A DNA stretch of 64,000 nucleotides from Acidimicrobiales bacterium. Lineage in GTDB: Bacteria > Actinomycetota > Acidimicrobiia > Acidimicrobiales > Aldehydirespiratoraceae. Shown piece after piece: positions 1 to 7,666 of the stretch. The first letter of the stretch is position 1, and the number at the start of each line of letters is the position of its first letter. Both the position numbers and the translations under genes were made by a program. The DNA is taken from the NCBI GenBank assembly GCA_021604885.1, contig BQJV01000001.1:2795-66794 (forward strand), in the 5' to 3' direction. The notes under the pieces were generated by a model that was not told the DNA's origin, did no database searches, and saw only the letters and a list, made by a program, of their open reading frames with translations.

Positions 1-1302
1 GTTGACGATGGTCAAAAGCCAGCCGGCATCGCCGTCGGGGGCATATATCGGCTCGACGCCGTACTGATCGACGTCGAATTGAAACTTGTCGACCTCGCCC
101 GAGTCGAGGTCGACTCGTGCAACGCCTGACGGGAGGACTCCCTCGCCAGGACGGGTCGTGGCCATGAACCCACGCTGGTAGGGACGTCCCGAAAGCCGGC
201 CCGGCACCTGGGGGAACTCGCAGTTCGCGTAGAGGACTTCTTCGGTCGTGGCCGACCGTCCGGGGGTGAGGACAACTCGACGAAGCGTGCCAGGTCCGTC
301 GCCGTTGCCTGAACGCCCTTCCATGACCGCACGTAGCTGTGGGTCCGGGCCGAAGGCATGGTCGGGTTCGGTGTAGCCGATGTAGTCGACGACGATCTCG
401 GCGCCCCGGTCGAAGGCGTTCATGCCGTGCCACATGAACCCTGTTGGCGCCTCGAACACCTGCGGCGGCGCCTGGCCGTGGCGGTCGGCGACCACGATGA
501 GGTTCCCTTCGTCGGGCCGCCAGTCGAAGGAGTCCCAGAGGGCCCAGCCCCAGTCGACGAAGCGCATCTGGTCGATGCTGAGCGGATGGCAGACGAACAC
601 GAAGTGCGTCTCGGTCATCAAGAAGTCGTGCATCCAAGCCGGACGCGGCAGCGGCACGACGACCTGGCGGGCGGCACGGCCGTGGCGGTCGAAGGTGATC
701 GTGTGTTGATGGTGCCCGCTGCCGGCGACGAGCGTCCATGAGTCGTCGGCGGGATCGATGCGGGTGTGGGCGGTGAACAGGGTCGGCTGGGCGTCGGGAA
801 TGTCGAGCGCCGCGGGTCCGCGGGTGTCGAGGGTGACCGGGTCGAGTTCGTAGATCCCGGGTCCGTCGTCAAGGGCGTAGAGGGTGTCGTTGCGATGCAC
901 GACGGTGACGCCGGCCTGGTTCTCGATGGCGGGCGGGTCCGTCGGGTCGGCGTCGGGGCGTCGGGTGGACCAGGTGTCGTAGAGGAACCGATTGGCGAGA
1001 GACTCTTCGGTGTATTTGCGAGTTCGTACGAATCGGTTCCGGTAGCGCACCGCGTCGGGTTCGATGGTGATGGCCTGGATCATGCCGTCGCCGTCGAGGA
1101 GGTGGTTCTTGCGTAGCCCAGCGCGGTCGAACCTTCCGGGCCCGTTTCGGTAGAGCGTGCCATGTAGGCCGGGCGGGATCGTCCCTTCGACGCGGGCGAC
1201 GTAGTCGCGCTCCGCTGTCATTGATGTCGCGAGGGGCCAGGCCGGCAGTGAGTCCAGCGAGACAGCGTCGACGTGGGCGCTCGGGTCGGTTCGTGAGGTC
1301 AT
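1..1302 (-). CDS. carotenoid cleavage oxygenase family protein (RPE65/CCO-like), C-terminus beyond left window edge
   Basis: Absent from the ORF track because no stop lies inside the window. My translation from the ATG at 1302 is open for 434 codons to position 1. It reads MTSRTDPSAHVD..LYRNGPGRFDR..LLDGDGMIQAI..FTAHTRIDP..WMHDFLMTETH..FMWHGMNAFD..GVEPIYAPDGDAGWLLTIVN, with spaced His residues and the layout typical of carotenoid oxygenases. Confidence 0.8.
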   Translation of the reverse strand, partial: MTSRTDPSAHVDAVSLDSLPAWPLATSMTAERDYVARVEGTIPPGLHGTLYRNGPGRFDRAGLRKNHLLDGDGMIQAITIEPDAVRYRNRFVRTRKYTEESLANRFLYDTWSTRRPDADPTDPPAIENQAGVTVVHRNDTLYALDDGPGIYELDPVTLDTRGPAALDIPDAQPTLFTAHTRIDPADDSWTLVAGSGHHQHTITFDRHGRAARQVVVPLPRPAWMHDFLMTETHFVFVCHPLSIDQMRFVDWGWALWDSFDWRPDEGNLIVVADRHGQAPPQVFEAPTGFMWHGMNAFDRGAEIVVDYIGYTEPDHAFGPDPQLRAVMEGRSGNGDGPGTLRRVVLTPGRSATTEEVLYANCEFPQVPGRLSGRPYQRGFMATTRPGEGVLPSGVARVDLDSGEVDKFQFDVDQYGVEPIYAPDGDAGWLLTIVN

Positions 1303-1598
1303 CGGGTTGCCTCCGTCTCGCTGCGCAGGCGCCGTTCGATTCGTGCGGCCTGGTTCCGTTCCCAGGAGCCCAGCAGCCGTCGAGGCCACAGGACCACGGC
1401 TGCATGGATCGCGAGGCCTGTGCCCCAGCCCAGCAGCGTCCAGTGGATGCGCCAGTCGCCGCCGTCGGCCGCGTCGGCGATGCCGTTCGCGGTGTTGACG
1501 ACAGCGAAGGCCAACGCGTGCAGGGCCAGGAGTCGCCGGGCCGCGGCTTCCGAACGGGCTCGAGATGCGATGTCGGTGTGTGGTGTGTATCTGTCCAT
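1299..1598 (-). CDS. small two-TM membrane protein (hypothetical)
   Basis: Uses an internal ATG of ORF 1299..1745. MDRYTPHTDIASRARSEAAARRLLALHALAFAVVNTANG..WTLLGWGTGLAIHAAVVLW has two hydrophobic spans. Its stop overlaps the oxygenase ATG (ATGA at 1299-1302). Confidence 0.5.
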   Translation of the reverse strand: MDRYTPHTDIASRARSEAAARRLLALHALAFAVVNTANGIADAADGGDWRIHWTLLGWGTGLAIHAAVVLWPRRLLGSWERNQAARIERRLRSETEATR

Positions 1599-1763
1599 GG
1601 CCACAGCGTCCGACTGGTCGGGGTGGGGTGACACCACCCCGACCCCGAACCCCCCTCCGCTCAGGTCTCGATCCCGCTGAGGGTGGGTTCGATCGGGGTG
1701 GCCGATCGCCCTATTGCTGCCCGCTACCTCGCACCTCGCCCACAACGATCCAGAGAACGAACG

Positions 1764-1795
1764 AAGGCCCGGAAACTGTGAAGTTTCCGGGCCTT
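1764..1795 (-). terminator. 13-bp GC-rich stem-loop just 3' of the tRNA-derived repeat
   Basis: AAGGCCCGGAAAC-TGTGAA-GTTTCCGGGCCTT. A near-identical hairpin recurs at 37635-37665 beside repeat copy 3. Confidence 0.4.
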
Positions 1796-1801
1796 CATAC
1801 T

Positions 1802-1846
1802 TGGTGGCGGGGGCAGGATTTGAACCTGCGACCTTCGGGTTATGAG
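1802..1846 (-). repeat. att core copy 1: 3' half of a tRNA-Met(CAT) gene (anticodon loop to CCA)
   Basis: The reverse complement reads CTCATAA-CCCGA-AGGTC-GCAGG-TTCAAAT-CCTGC-CCCCGCC-A-CCA: anticodon loop with CAT, anticodon-stem 3' strand, variable loop, T arm, acceptor 3' strand, discriminator, CCA. It is identical to 23770-23814 and 37671-37715. The flank at 1847 onward (TTCGCG..) cannot supply the TCGGG anticodon-stem strand or a GGCGGGG acceptor 5' strand. Confidence 0.85.
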
Positions 1847-1956
1847 TTCGCGAAAGCCCATATCGACCAATGTCGATCAGTGCCAGAAATGCCTTCTGAC
1901 CAGGGCTTTCGTGGCTTCACGGTGTCGGCGAGTGCCTGTGGATAACGCCCTGTGGC

Positions 1957-1985
1957 GGACCGTCCGTTAGAAGATCCGTTAGAAG
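1957..1985. repeat. candidate integrase arm-type site, left end of element A
   Basis: GGACCGTCCGTTAGAAGATCCGTTAGAAG contains a tandem CCGTTAGAAGAT unit. It matches 23685-23713 with one mismatch. Confidence 0.55.
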
Positions 1986-2003
1986 TCTCGGCGACAGGGC
2001 CCC

Positions 2004-2291
2004 TCAGGAGGCGCGGGCGACGAGCTTGAGATCTGCGTCGAGTGCGTCGGCGATGCGCTGAAGAACTCGCGTGGTGGGACTGGTCGACCCGCGCTCGATG
2101 CGGCTGATGTCGGCCTGATCCATGCCGCACTGCTCAGCAAGCTGCTTCTGGGTGAGGCCGTGACGTTCGCGCAGCTCGACGACCTGCATGGCGATCCGAT
2201 ACGCCTGCTCGAACACCTCGGTGTGTTCATTCGATGCGGGGTCGAGCTTCGCTCGGCGCTCAGCAGCGATCTCTTCGTAGGTTCGGCTCAT
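2004..2291 (-). CDS. XRE-family HTH antitoxin (HigA-like)
   Basis: Internal ATG preceded by AGGAGAA. MSRTYEEIAAERRAKLD..LRERHGLTQKQLAEQCGMDQADISRIERG is a Cro/C1-type HTH. It lies directly downstream of a Gp49-like toxin gene. Confidence 0.85.
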   Translation of the reverse strand: MSRTYEEIAAERRAKLDPASNEHTEVFEQAYRIAMQVVELRERHGLTQKQLAEQCGMDQADISRIERGSTSPTTRVLQRIADALDADLKLVARAS

Positions 2292-2354
2292 CTCAAGTTC
2301 TCCTGTTCGACCAGTATGGGGAGTTCCCCATACCAAGTCAACGGCTCAGCTCCC

Positions 2355-2792
2355 CTACCGGTCCCGCCGTTGTCGTTCCTTGAACTGCGCCAGCAGCTTG
2401 CGGGCCCGCTCGATCTCGCGCTGCTGACGCTTGGGCTTCGGGGTCTTGCCCTTGTCGTAGCCACCGAGGAGCAGAACGATCTTGTCGCCATGGAAGTGGA
2501 CAAAGACTCGCAGCAAGATCTTTTCGGGTGGCGCATCAAGATCGTCGGGCTCGTGGCCGAACATGCGGGCGATCTCGTCCGCGTCGTGCCGCACACGGAA
2601 CTCGTGCAAGCCCTGGCCGAGTGCCTTGAGCCACTCGGTCCTGACCAGGTCGATCCCTCGCTCCGCCAGGACGACCCGAATCGCTTCATCCAGAGCGGCG
2701 AACTTGAAGTCCGACAGAGCGTTGATGAACGCCTCGAACGGAATCGACCCATCGTCGGCCTCGAACGGCTCGGGCGTCCAGGGCGTGCTCAT
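2355..2792 (-). CDS. Gp49/HigB-like type II toxin (RelE superfamily)
   Basis: 145 aa. ..LKALGQGLHEFRVRHD..ILLRVFVHFHGDKIVLLLGGYDKGK.. is the layout typical of phage Gp49-like addiction toxins. It uses a TAG stop at 2355-2357. Confidence 0.75.
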   Translation of the reverse strand: MSTPWTPEPFEADDGSIPFEAFINALSDFKFAALDEAIRVVLAERGIDLVRTEWLKALGQGLHEFRVRHDADEIARMFGHEPDDLDAPPEKILLRVFVHFHGDKIVLLLGGYDKGKTPKPKRQQREIERARKLLAQFKERQRRDR

Positions 2793-3181
2793 CCCCAGAA
2801 GATGCAGGAGCGATCTGCGTCGATCTCGTCGAGGAGCTCCCCGACGTGCTGCGTTGGTTCTGCGTCCCAGTAGCGCTGGAACTTCGAGTTCCGGTCAGCC
2901 CAGTAGAGGGTCCACTCGTTGCGTTTCTTCACCTAGCCGAGTCGGGCGATCGGTGTGCGCGACCATTCCGGCCCGATCAAGTCGTTCCACGGCGGCCGGC
3001 AGTCGAAGACCGTCAGTCCTCGCGGCGTCTCGTCTACCTCGACCCGCATCTCGTCGCGGTACTCGGACGGCGTCTTCTCGTGCGCCCACTTCCGCACCCG
3101 GTTTACGTCGAGCTCAGGAATCATCATCCTCCCCGAGGCACCAAGGCCGAGTAGGCGGGGTGTGCTCGTAGAACCGCTCAC
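2789..3181 (-). pseudogene. DUF3024-like gene interrupted by an in-frame TAG
   Basis: ORF 2933..3181 (..IPELDVNRVRKWAHEKTPSEYRDEMRVEVDETPRGLTVFDCRPPWNDLIGPEWSRTPIARLG) stops at a TAG (2933-2935). The same frame continues VKKRNEWTLYWADRNSKFQRYWDAEPTQHVGELLDEIDADRSCIFWG to a TGA at 2789-2791. That TGA overlaps the toxin ATG (ATGA). Confidence 0.6.
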
Positions 3182-4110
3182 CTCGCCTCACGGGCTCCCG
3201 CATTGCTGCGTCATCCTTGGCGCTGAACAGGGACATCACACCACGCGCGGCTTCGTCTTGCTGCTTCCTGAGCCGGCGAACCTCCTCACGCATTGCGGGG
3301 AACTCCGCAGCGGCCTTGGCGAAGAGGCTGCTCATGATCCTCGTACCAGCCTCGTGATCGGTGGCGAAGATCATGTAGTAGATCGGGGACCCGTTCTCGT
3401 TCTTGATCTCCAGAGGGTGAGTCCAGCGGTAGCCGAGCACCGTCTCAAGCCGCCAGCGCATGAGGTTCAGGTAGTCGTCGCGCGCGTCCGACGGCTCGAT
3501 ACGTCCAACGAGGCGTGCCCTGTAGATCTCTCGCCACTCCTTACAGCCGTACATTGCGTCAATGGCTGCTTCGTCCTCGGGTCTGACAGCGGCACCGTCA
3601 ACGCGAAGCAGTCGGGTGAACATGGGGGGCCGCGAACAAGAGGAAGAGTTCGACCTTCGTCTTCTGGCCCGAACGGAAGTCGGCCAGCGCCTCCAGAGTT
3701 CGCCACTGCGCTTCCATTCCGTCCGGATCGACGAAGGCGAACGTCGGAGCCCACGCAACGTGCTTCAACTGATCGAGGACTCCCGGAACCTCGTGGTTGC
3801 AGTCACCGGGCACAACCAGGAAGTCCCGGTCGGGATAGTCAGCTCTGAGCGCAGCATCGAGCCCCGGGGCCTTGTTGGGCAGCTCGAAGAACCGCAGTCG
3901 GGTGAAGGGCGGGGTGTCGATCGAGAGCGCAATCCGTGCCGACCCCTCAACCTCACGGCCTGTGTGCCGTTCCTCGTTCTCGGCCACGCCCGCGAACACG
4001 TCGAGGTAGATCCGCTCGCTCAGGCTGCTCGAAGCGGTAGTGAATGCGTCGAGGTAGTCGCGGAGCAAGTCGAGCTTGCCGACGGTCCAATAGCCCCACG
4101 CACGACCCAC
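3114..4110 (-). pseudogene. three-Cys-motif partner protein TcmP-like gene, split by a +1 frameshift in a G6/C6 run
   Basis: ORF 3598..4110 (GTG start; MGRAWGYWTVGKLDLLRDYLDAF..YLDVFAGVAENE..GSARIAL..) ends ..LFLLFAAPHVHPTASR. ORF 3114..3758 continues in the other frame as ..MFTRLLRVDGAAVRPEDEAAIDAMYGCKEW... Removing one G from GGGGGG at 3624-3629 joins them as ..LFAAPMFTRLLRV... Confidence 0.6.
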
Positions 4111-4112
4111 AA

Positions 4113-4889
4113 TCAGTTCCCGCCGATCAGCACCGGCATCTCATCGTGGAGGGCCCCGTCGAGCTCACGCCCACCTGCCTTGGGTGTCCTGCCACCCCAT
4201 TGCTTGAAGAAGAAGGCAACACCTGCCTCTCCGCACTGGTCTCGGAGGTCGCGGACCCACTCCTCGTCCATCGGGCGGGCATTCGGCCCACTCTCGCCGC
4301 CAGCGATCAGCCAATCGATCGAGGTCAGGTCGAGGTTCGGCAACGGGCCGAGCAGCGGCTCCGCGCTGACGAAGCGGACTGCCGCATCGACCGATCGAAG
4401 GTGATCGAAACGGAAGGCGTAGCGATCGGTCTCGACGCTCACGCCCATCCAGACGTTCGACGGCCAATCCAGCTCGGCGGCCACAGCAGCGAGTCGCTTG
4501 GAGCGCTTGGTCAGCACTTGGTACGTGTGCTGCGGTGTCTCGGCCATCACGGTGAACACACGCTTGATGAAGTCGAGCGGCACATCCGGGTGGAAGAGGT
4601 CACTCATCGAGTTGACGAAGATGAGGCGTGGCGACTTCCACCGGTATGGCGCAGCCAGGGTGTCCTCGTGGACGGTCAACGCGAAGCCGGGGCCGCTCGT
4701 TCTCGGGTCGCCATCGTTCTGGTACTTCGCTTGGCCCATGGCTCGAAGCCGTTTCGCCAGGGTGAGCGCGTAGCAGTTGTCGCAGCCCGGCGAGGTCTTG
4801 TCGCACCCCGTGGTCGGGTTCCAGGTGACCTCGGTCCACTCGATGCCTGAGCGATCAGCCATGACCGGATGCTCCTGCGACGTCGCCAT
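4113..4889 (-). CDS. DUF5131 / phage Gp37-Gp68 family protein (three-Cys motif)
   Basis: 258 aa. ..[35 protein letters not shown].. and ..[40 protein letters not shown].. match my memory of this family. Its stop lies 2 nt from the TcmP GTG start. Confidence 0.8.
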   Translation of the reverse strand: MATSQEHPVMADRSGIEWTEVTWNPTTGCDKTSPGCDNCYALTLAKRLRAMGQAKYQNDGDPRTSGPGFALTVHEDTLAAPYRWKSPRLIFVNSMSDLFHPDVPLDFIKRVFTVMAETPQHTYQVLTKRSKRLAAVAAELDWPSNVWMGVSVETDRYAFRFDHLRSVDAAVRFVSAEPLLGPLPNLDLTSIDWLIAGGESGPNARPMDEEWVRDLRDQCGEAGVAFFFKQWGGRTPKAGGRELDGALHDEMPVLIGGN

Positions 4890-4922
4890 ACAGATCGATC
4901 GTACGGACGGGGTGTGACGCCC

Positions 4923-6389
4923 TCATTCGGCATCACCCGTCCCGACGACCTCATCGAGGTCCACGCCAACACCTTCGAGGCTCTCGGCCAGAGCTCGGAA
5001 CTCCTCGAGTGCGGCTTCTAGGTCTTCGACGATCTCGGCAGCGATGACGCCGGGCGCCGGGAGGTTGTCGGTGTCTTCGAGGCTCTCGTCGCGGAGCCAG
5101 AAGACATCGAGGCTGACCTTGTCGCGCTCGATCAGATCGTCATAGGTGTACTTCTTGAACCTCTCGGACTCGACGCGCTGGTGGCGGCCGCCCGACTTGA
5201 AGCAGTCGACGAAGTCGTCGAGGTCGGCCCGAGCGATCGGGTTCTGCTTCAGCGTGAAGTGCTTGTTGGTCCGCAGGTCGTAGACCCACAGGTCCCGGGT
5301 CCAGGGGTGTTCGGCGCCTTCCTTGCGCTCGAAGAACAACACGTTGGCCTTCACGCCGTGGGCGTAGAAGATCCCGGTCGGGAGCCGCAGCAGTGTGTGG
5401 ACGTCGCAGTCATGGAGGAGGCGGCGGCGGACGGTCTCGCCGGCGCCAGCCTCAAACAGCACGTTGTCGGGAACGACCACTGCGGCGGTGCCGCCAACGC
5501 GGAGCAGGCCGACGATGTGTTGGACGAAGTTGAGTTGCTTGTTGCGGGTGGTGGTCCAGAAGTTCTCCCGCTCGTAGCTGTCCGACGACGACCGCCCGAA
5601 CGGCGGGTTCGACAACACCATGTCGAACCGCACTCCGGGGTCGTCCCGCAGGGCGTCGTCGACGTGTACCGGCGAGTCGGACTCGGGACTCTCGATACCG
5701 TGCAACAGCATGTTCATCGCGCACAGCCGGGCCGGGAGTTCGGCGATCTCCCACCCCGTGAACGCGCCAGATCGCAGATGCTCGCGCTGGTCGGGGTCGA
5801 GCGGCGAGAACCGTCTCACGATCGACTCGTACGCGCCGAGGAAGAAGCCACCCGTTCCGCAGGCCGGATCGCAGATGCGATCCGAGGTATCGGGTTGCAT
5901 CACGTCGACGATCGCCGAGATCAGCGCCCGGGGCGTGAAGTACTGGCCTGCTCCCCTGGCACCCTCGCGGGCTGTCTTCTCGATCAGACCCTCATATGCG
6001 TCACCCTTGAGGTCGGCATCGAGGCTGAGCCACTCGTGATCGTCAATGAAGTCCTTGATGAGCAGTTCGAGCTTGGCCGGGTTCTGGACCTTGTTACGGG
6101 CCTTGCGGAAGACAACGCCGAGCATGTTGTCGCCCGCTCCAAGGCTCGTCAGGATCTCGTTGTAGTGCACCTCGAGATCCGCACCGGATCGGCTCAAAAG
6201 TGACGGCCAGTCGAACCCTTCCGGCACGACCCGCTCCTCGCCGAGCAACTCGTACTGCTCATCGGCCATCTTCAGGAAGAGCAGGTAGGTCAGCTGCTCT
6301 AGGTAGTCGCCGTAGGACAACCCGTCGTCCCGTAGGACATCGCAGAAGTCCCAGAGTTTCTGGACGAGGGCTTGCGGATCGGTGCTCAT
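4923..6389 (-). CDS. hsdM: type I restriction-modification system, N6-adenine DNA methyltransferase subunit
   Basis: Uses the internal ATG at 6389, which forms an ATGA overlap with the hsdS stop. MSTDPQALVQKLWDFCDVLRDDG..GQYFTPRALI..DPACGTGGFF..VLSNPPFG (NPPF catalytic motif). Confidence 0.93.
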   Translation of the reverse strand: MSTDPQALVQKLWDFCDVLRDDGLSYGDYLEQLTYLLFLKMADEQYELLGEERVVPEGFDWPSLLSRSGADLEVHYNEILTSLGAGDNMLGVVFRKARNKVQNPAKLELLIKDFIDDHEWLSLDADLKGDAYEGLIEKTAREGARGAGQYFTPRALISAIVDVMQPDTSDRICDPACGTGGFFLGAYESIVRRFSPLDPDQREHLRSGAFTGWEIAELPARLCAMNMLLHGIESPESDSPVHVDDALRDDPGVRFDMVLSNPPFGRSSSDSYERENFWTTTRNKQLNFVQHIVGLLRVGGTAAVVVPDNVLFEAGAGETVRRRLLHDCDVHTLLRLPTGIFYAHGVKANVLFFERKEGAEHPWTRDLWVYDLRTNKHFTLKQNPIARADLDDFVDCFKSGGRHQRVESERFKKYTYDDLIERDKVSLDVFWLRDESLEDTDNLPAPGVIAAEIVEDLEAALEEFRALAESLEGVGVDLDEVVGTGDAE

Positions 6390-7666
6390 ACGACCTTCTT
6401 CGAAGCAGAGCCGGATGGTTCCGAGGATGGTCCCACCGCGTCCAGTGTGTTGCTGTCGAAATCCCACCTTCCGGAGAAGGCGGCTGCAAGGACAGCGCGC
6501 CGAAGGTGACCGGAGCGCTTCACTGCGCCGGCACATCCTTTCGCCAGGCGCACCGACTCGAGGACGACCGTCTCGGCCCGTCGAGCCACCTCGCCCTGCG
6601 TGTCAAGGTCCGGAATCGGGATCTCCATGCTCTTCACGAGACCGATGCTTAGGTTCGGCTGCACTCCGCCGGACGCGAGCTTGCGGCTGGCTTCATATCG
6701 CGCATTGAGGAACGCCAGCAGATAGTCACCGTTGACCAACGACCGATCGAAGTCGATCGCTGCGCAGGCCTGATTGCACGTGGATTCGATCTCCAAGCGA
6801 GCTGCCCTCCCTCGGGTCTGACCCTCGCCGTACATAGCAACCAACACGGTTCCACGCGGCCAGAGCTTGACGCTTGTCTCCTCCAACGCCTGGGCAGTGA
6901 TTAGCTCGCTCGGAGCTGCAATCGACCGGGAGTTGACGGCACCCGAGTTGACCCAGGGGATCGTGCCACCGGTCCAGTACCGAGGCTCCGACCGCTTCGG
7001 CGTCGCGCCGCTGCCAACCCGTGCGACTTCGGCGATTTGACGAACCGGCCAATCACTTGAGAAGAGGCCCTGCAGTGCGATCGGGGCTAGCGCATCAGCC
7101 TTGGCGCGGGCAGCATCCGCGGCTGCCGCTGCACTATCGAGGCGGGACATGTGTTCCTCGATCCAGTCGACGATTCGGCGCTGTTGGTCACCAGGCGCCA
7201 CCGAGATCGGGAACGCGGCAAGCCCGCGCTTCCCCAGGTGCCGGATATTGACACCACGACCGGCTTCGCCGAATCGCCCTGTCAGAGCGGCGTAGTAGCA
7301 AAACCAGAACAGGTAGCCGCGATCGACGCCATGCGGGCGCAGCCGCAGGAGAGTGTTCTGAAAACAGCAGCCCTCCAGCTCGCCGGTCCAGATCGCAGGC
7401 TTGCCGACTTCGTTGGGGCTACCCGAGGCCTCGTTCAGTAGGAGGTCCCCGGGAGCGAGGCAGTACTTCTCGAAGTCAGCATCATCGAAGTTCATCTCCT
7501 TGACGTCATCGAGGCTGATCCCATCCCAGGTCACATTCGCAGAGCGGAGGTAGGGCCTCATCTGCTCGCCATGGTGGTGCTGTGGCGAACGCTGCCGACC
7601 TAGCTGAACATCTGCAACCCCGCCGATGGTCGACCACGCCCACCCGCCCGGTAGCTCGTTGTTCAT
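6386..7666 (-). CDS. hsdS: type I restriction-modification system, specificity subunit
   Basis: 426 aa with two target-recognition halves (..LPGGWAWSTIGGVADVQLGRQRSP.. and ..WPVRQIAEVARVGSGATPKR..) separated by a central conserved helix region. It has ATGA overlaps with both hsdR and hsdM. Confidence 0.9.
   Translation of the reverse strand: MNNELPGGWAWSTIGGVADVQLGRQRSPQHHHGEQMRPYLRSANVTWDGISLDDVKEMNFDDADFEKYCLAPGDLLLNEASGSPNEVGKPAIWTGELEGCCFQNTLLRLRPHGVDRGYLFWFCYYAALTGRFGEAGRGVNIRHLGKRGLAAFPISVAPGDQQRRIVDWIEEHMSRLDSAAAAADAARAKADALAPIALQGLFSSDWPVRQIAEVARVGSGATPKRSEPRYWTGGTIPWVNSGAVNSRSIAAPSELITAQALEETSVKLWPRGTVLVAMYGEGQTRGRAARLEIESTCNQACAAIDFDRSLVNGDYLLAFLNARYEASRKLASGGVQPNLSIGLVKSMEIPIPDLDTQGEVARRAETVVLESVRLAKGCAGAVKRSGHLRRAVLAAAFSGRWDFDSNTLDAVGPSSEPSGSASKKVV

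Noticed and set aside
4923-6536. ORF-track N-terminal extensions (hsdM to 6536, MFS from 26982, thioesterase from 32171, P450 from 32890, integrase from 36012, ATPase from 47108 and to 53420, ArsR to 55188, CPBP from 57237)
   Set aside because: The extensions overlap neighbouring genes and are Arg/Ser/Pro-rich. Internal starts give 4-nt coupled junctions and family-typical N-termini.
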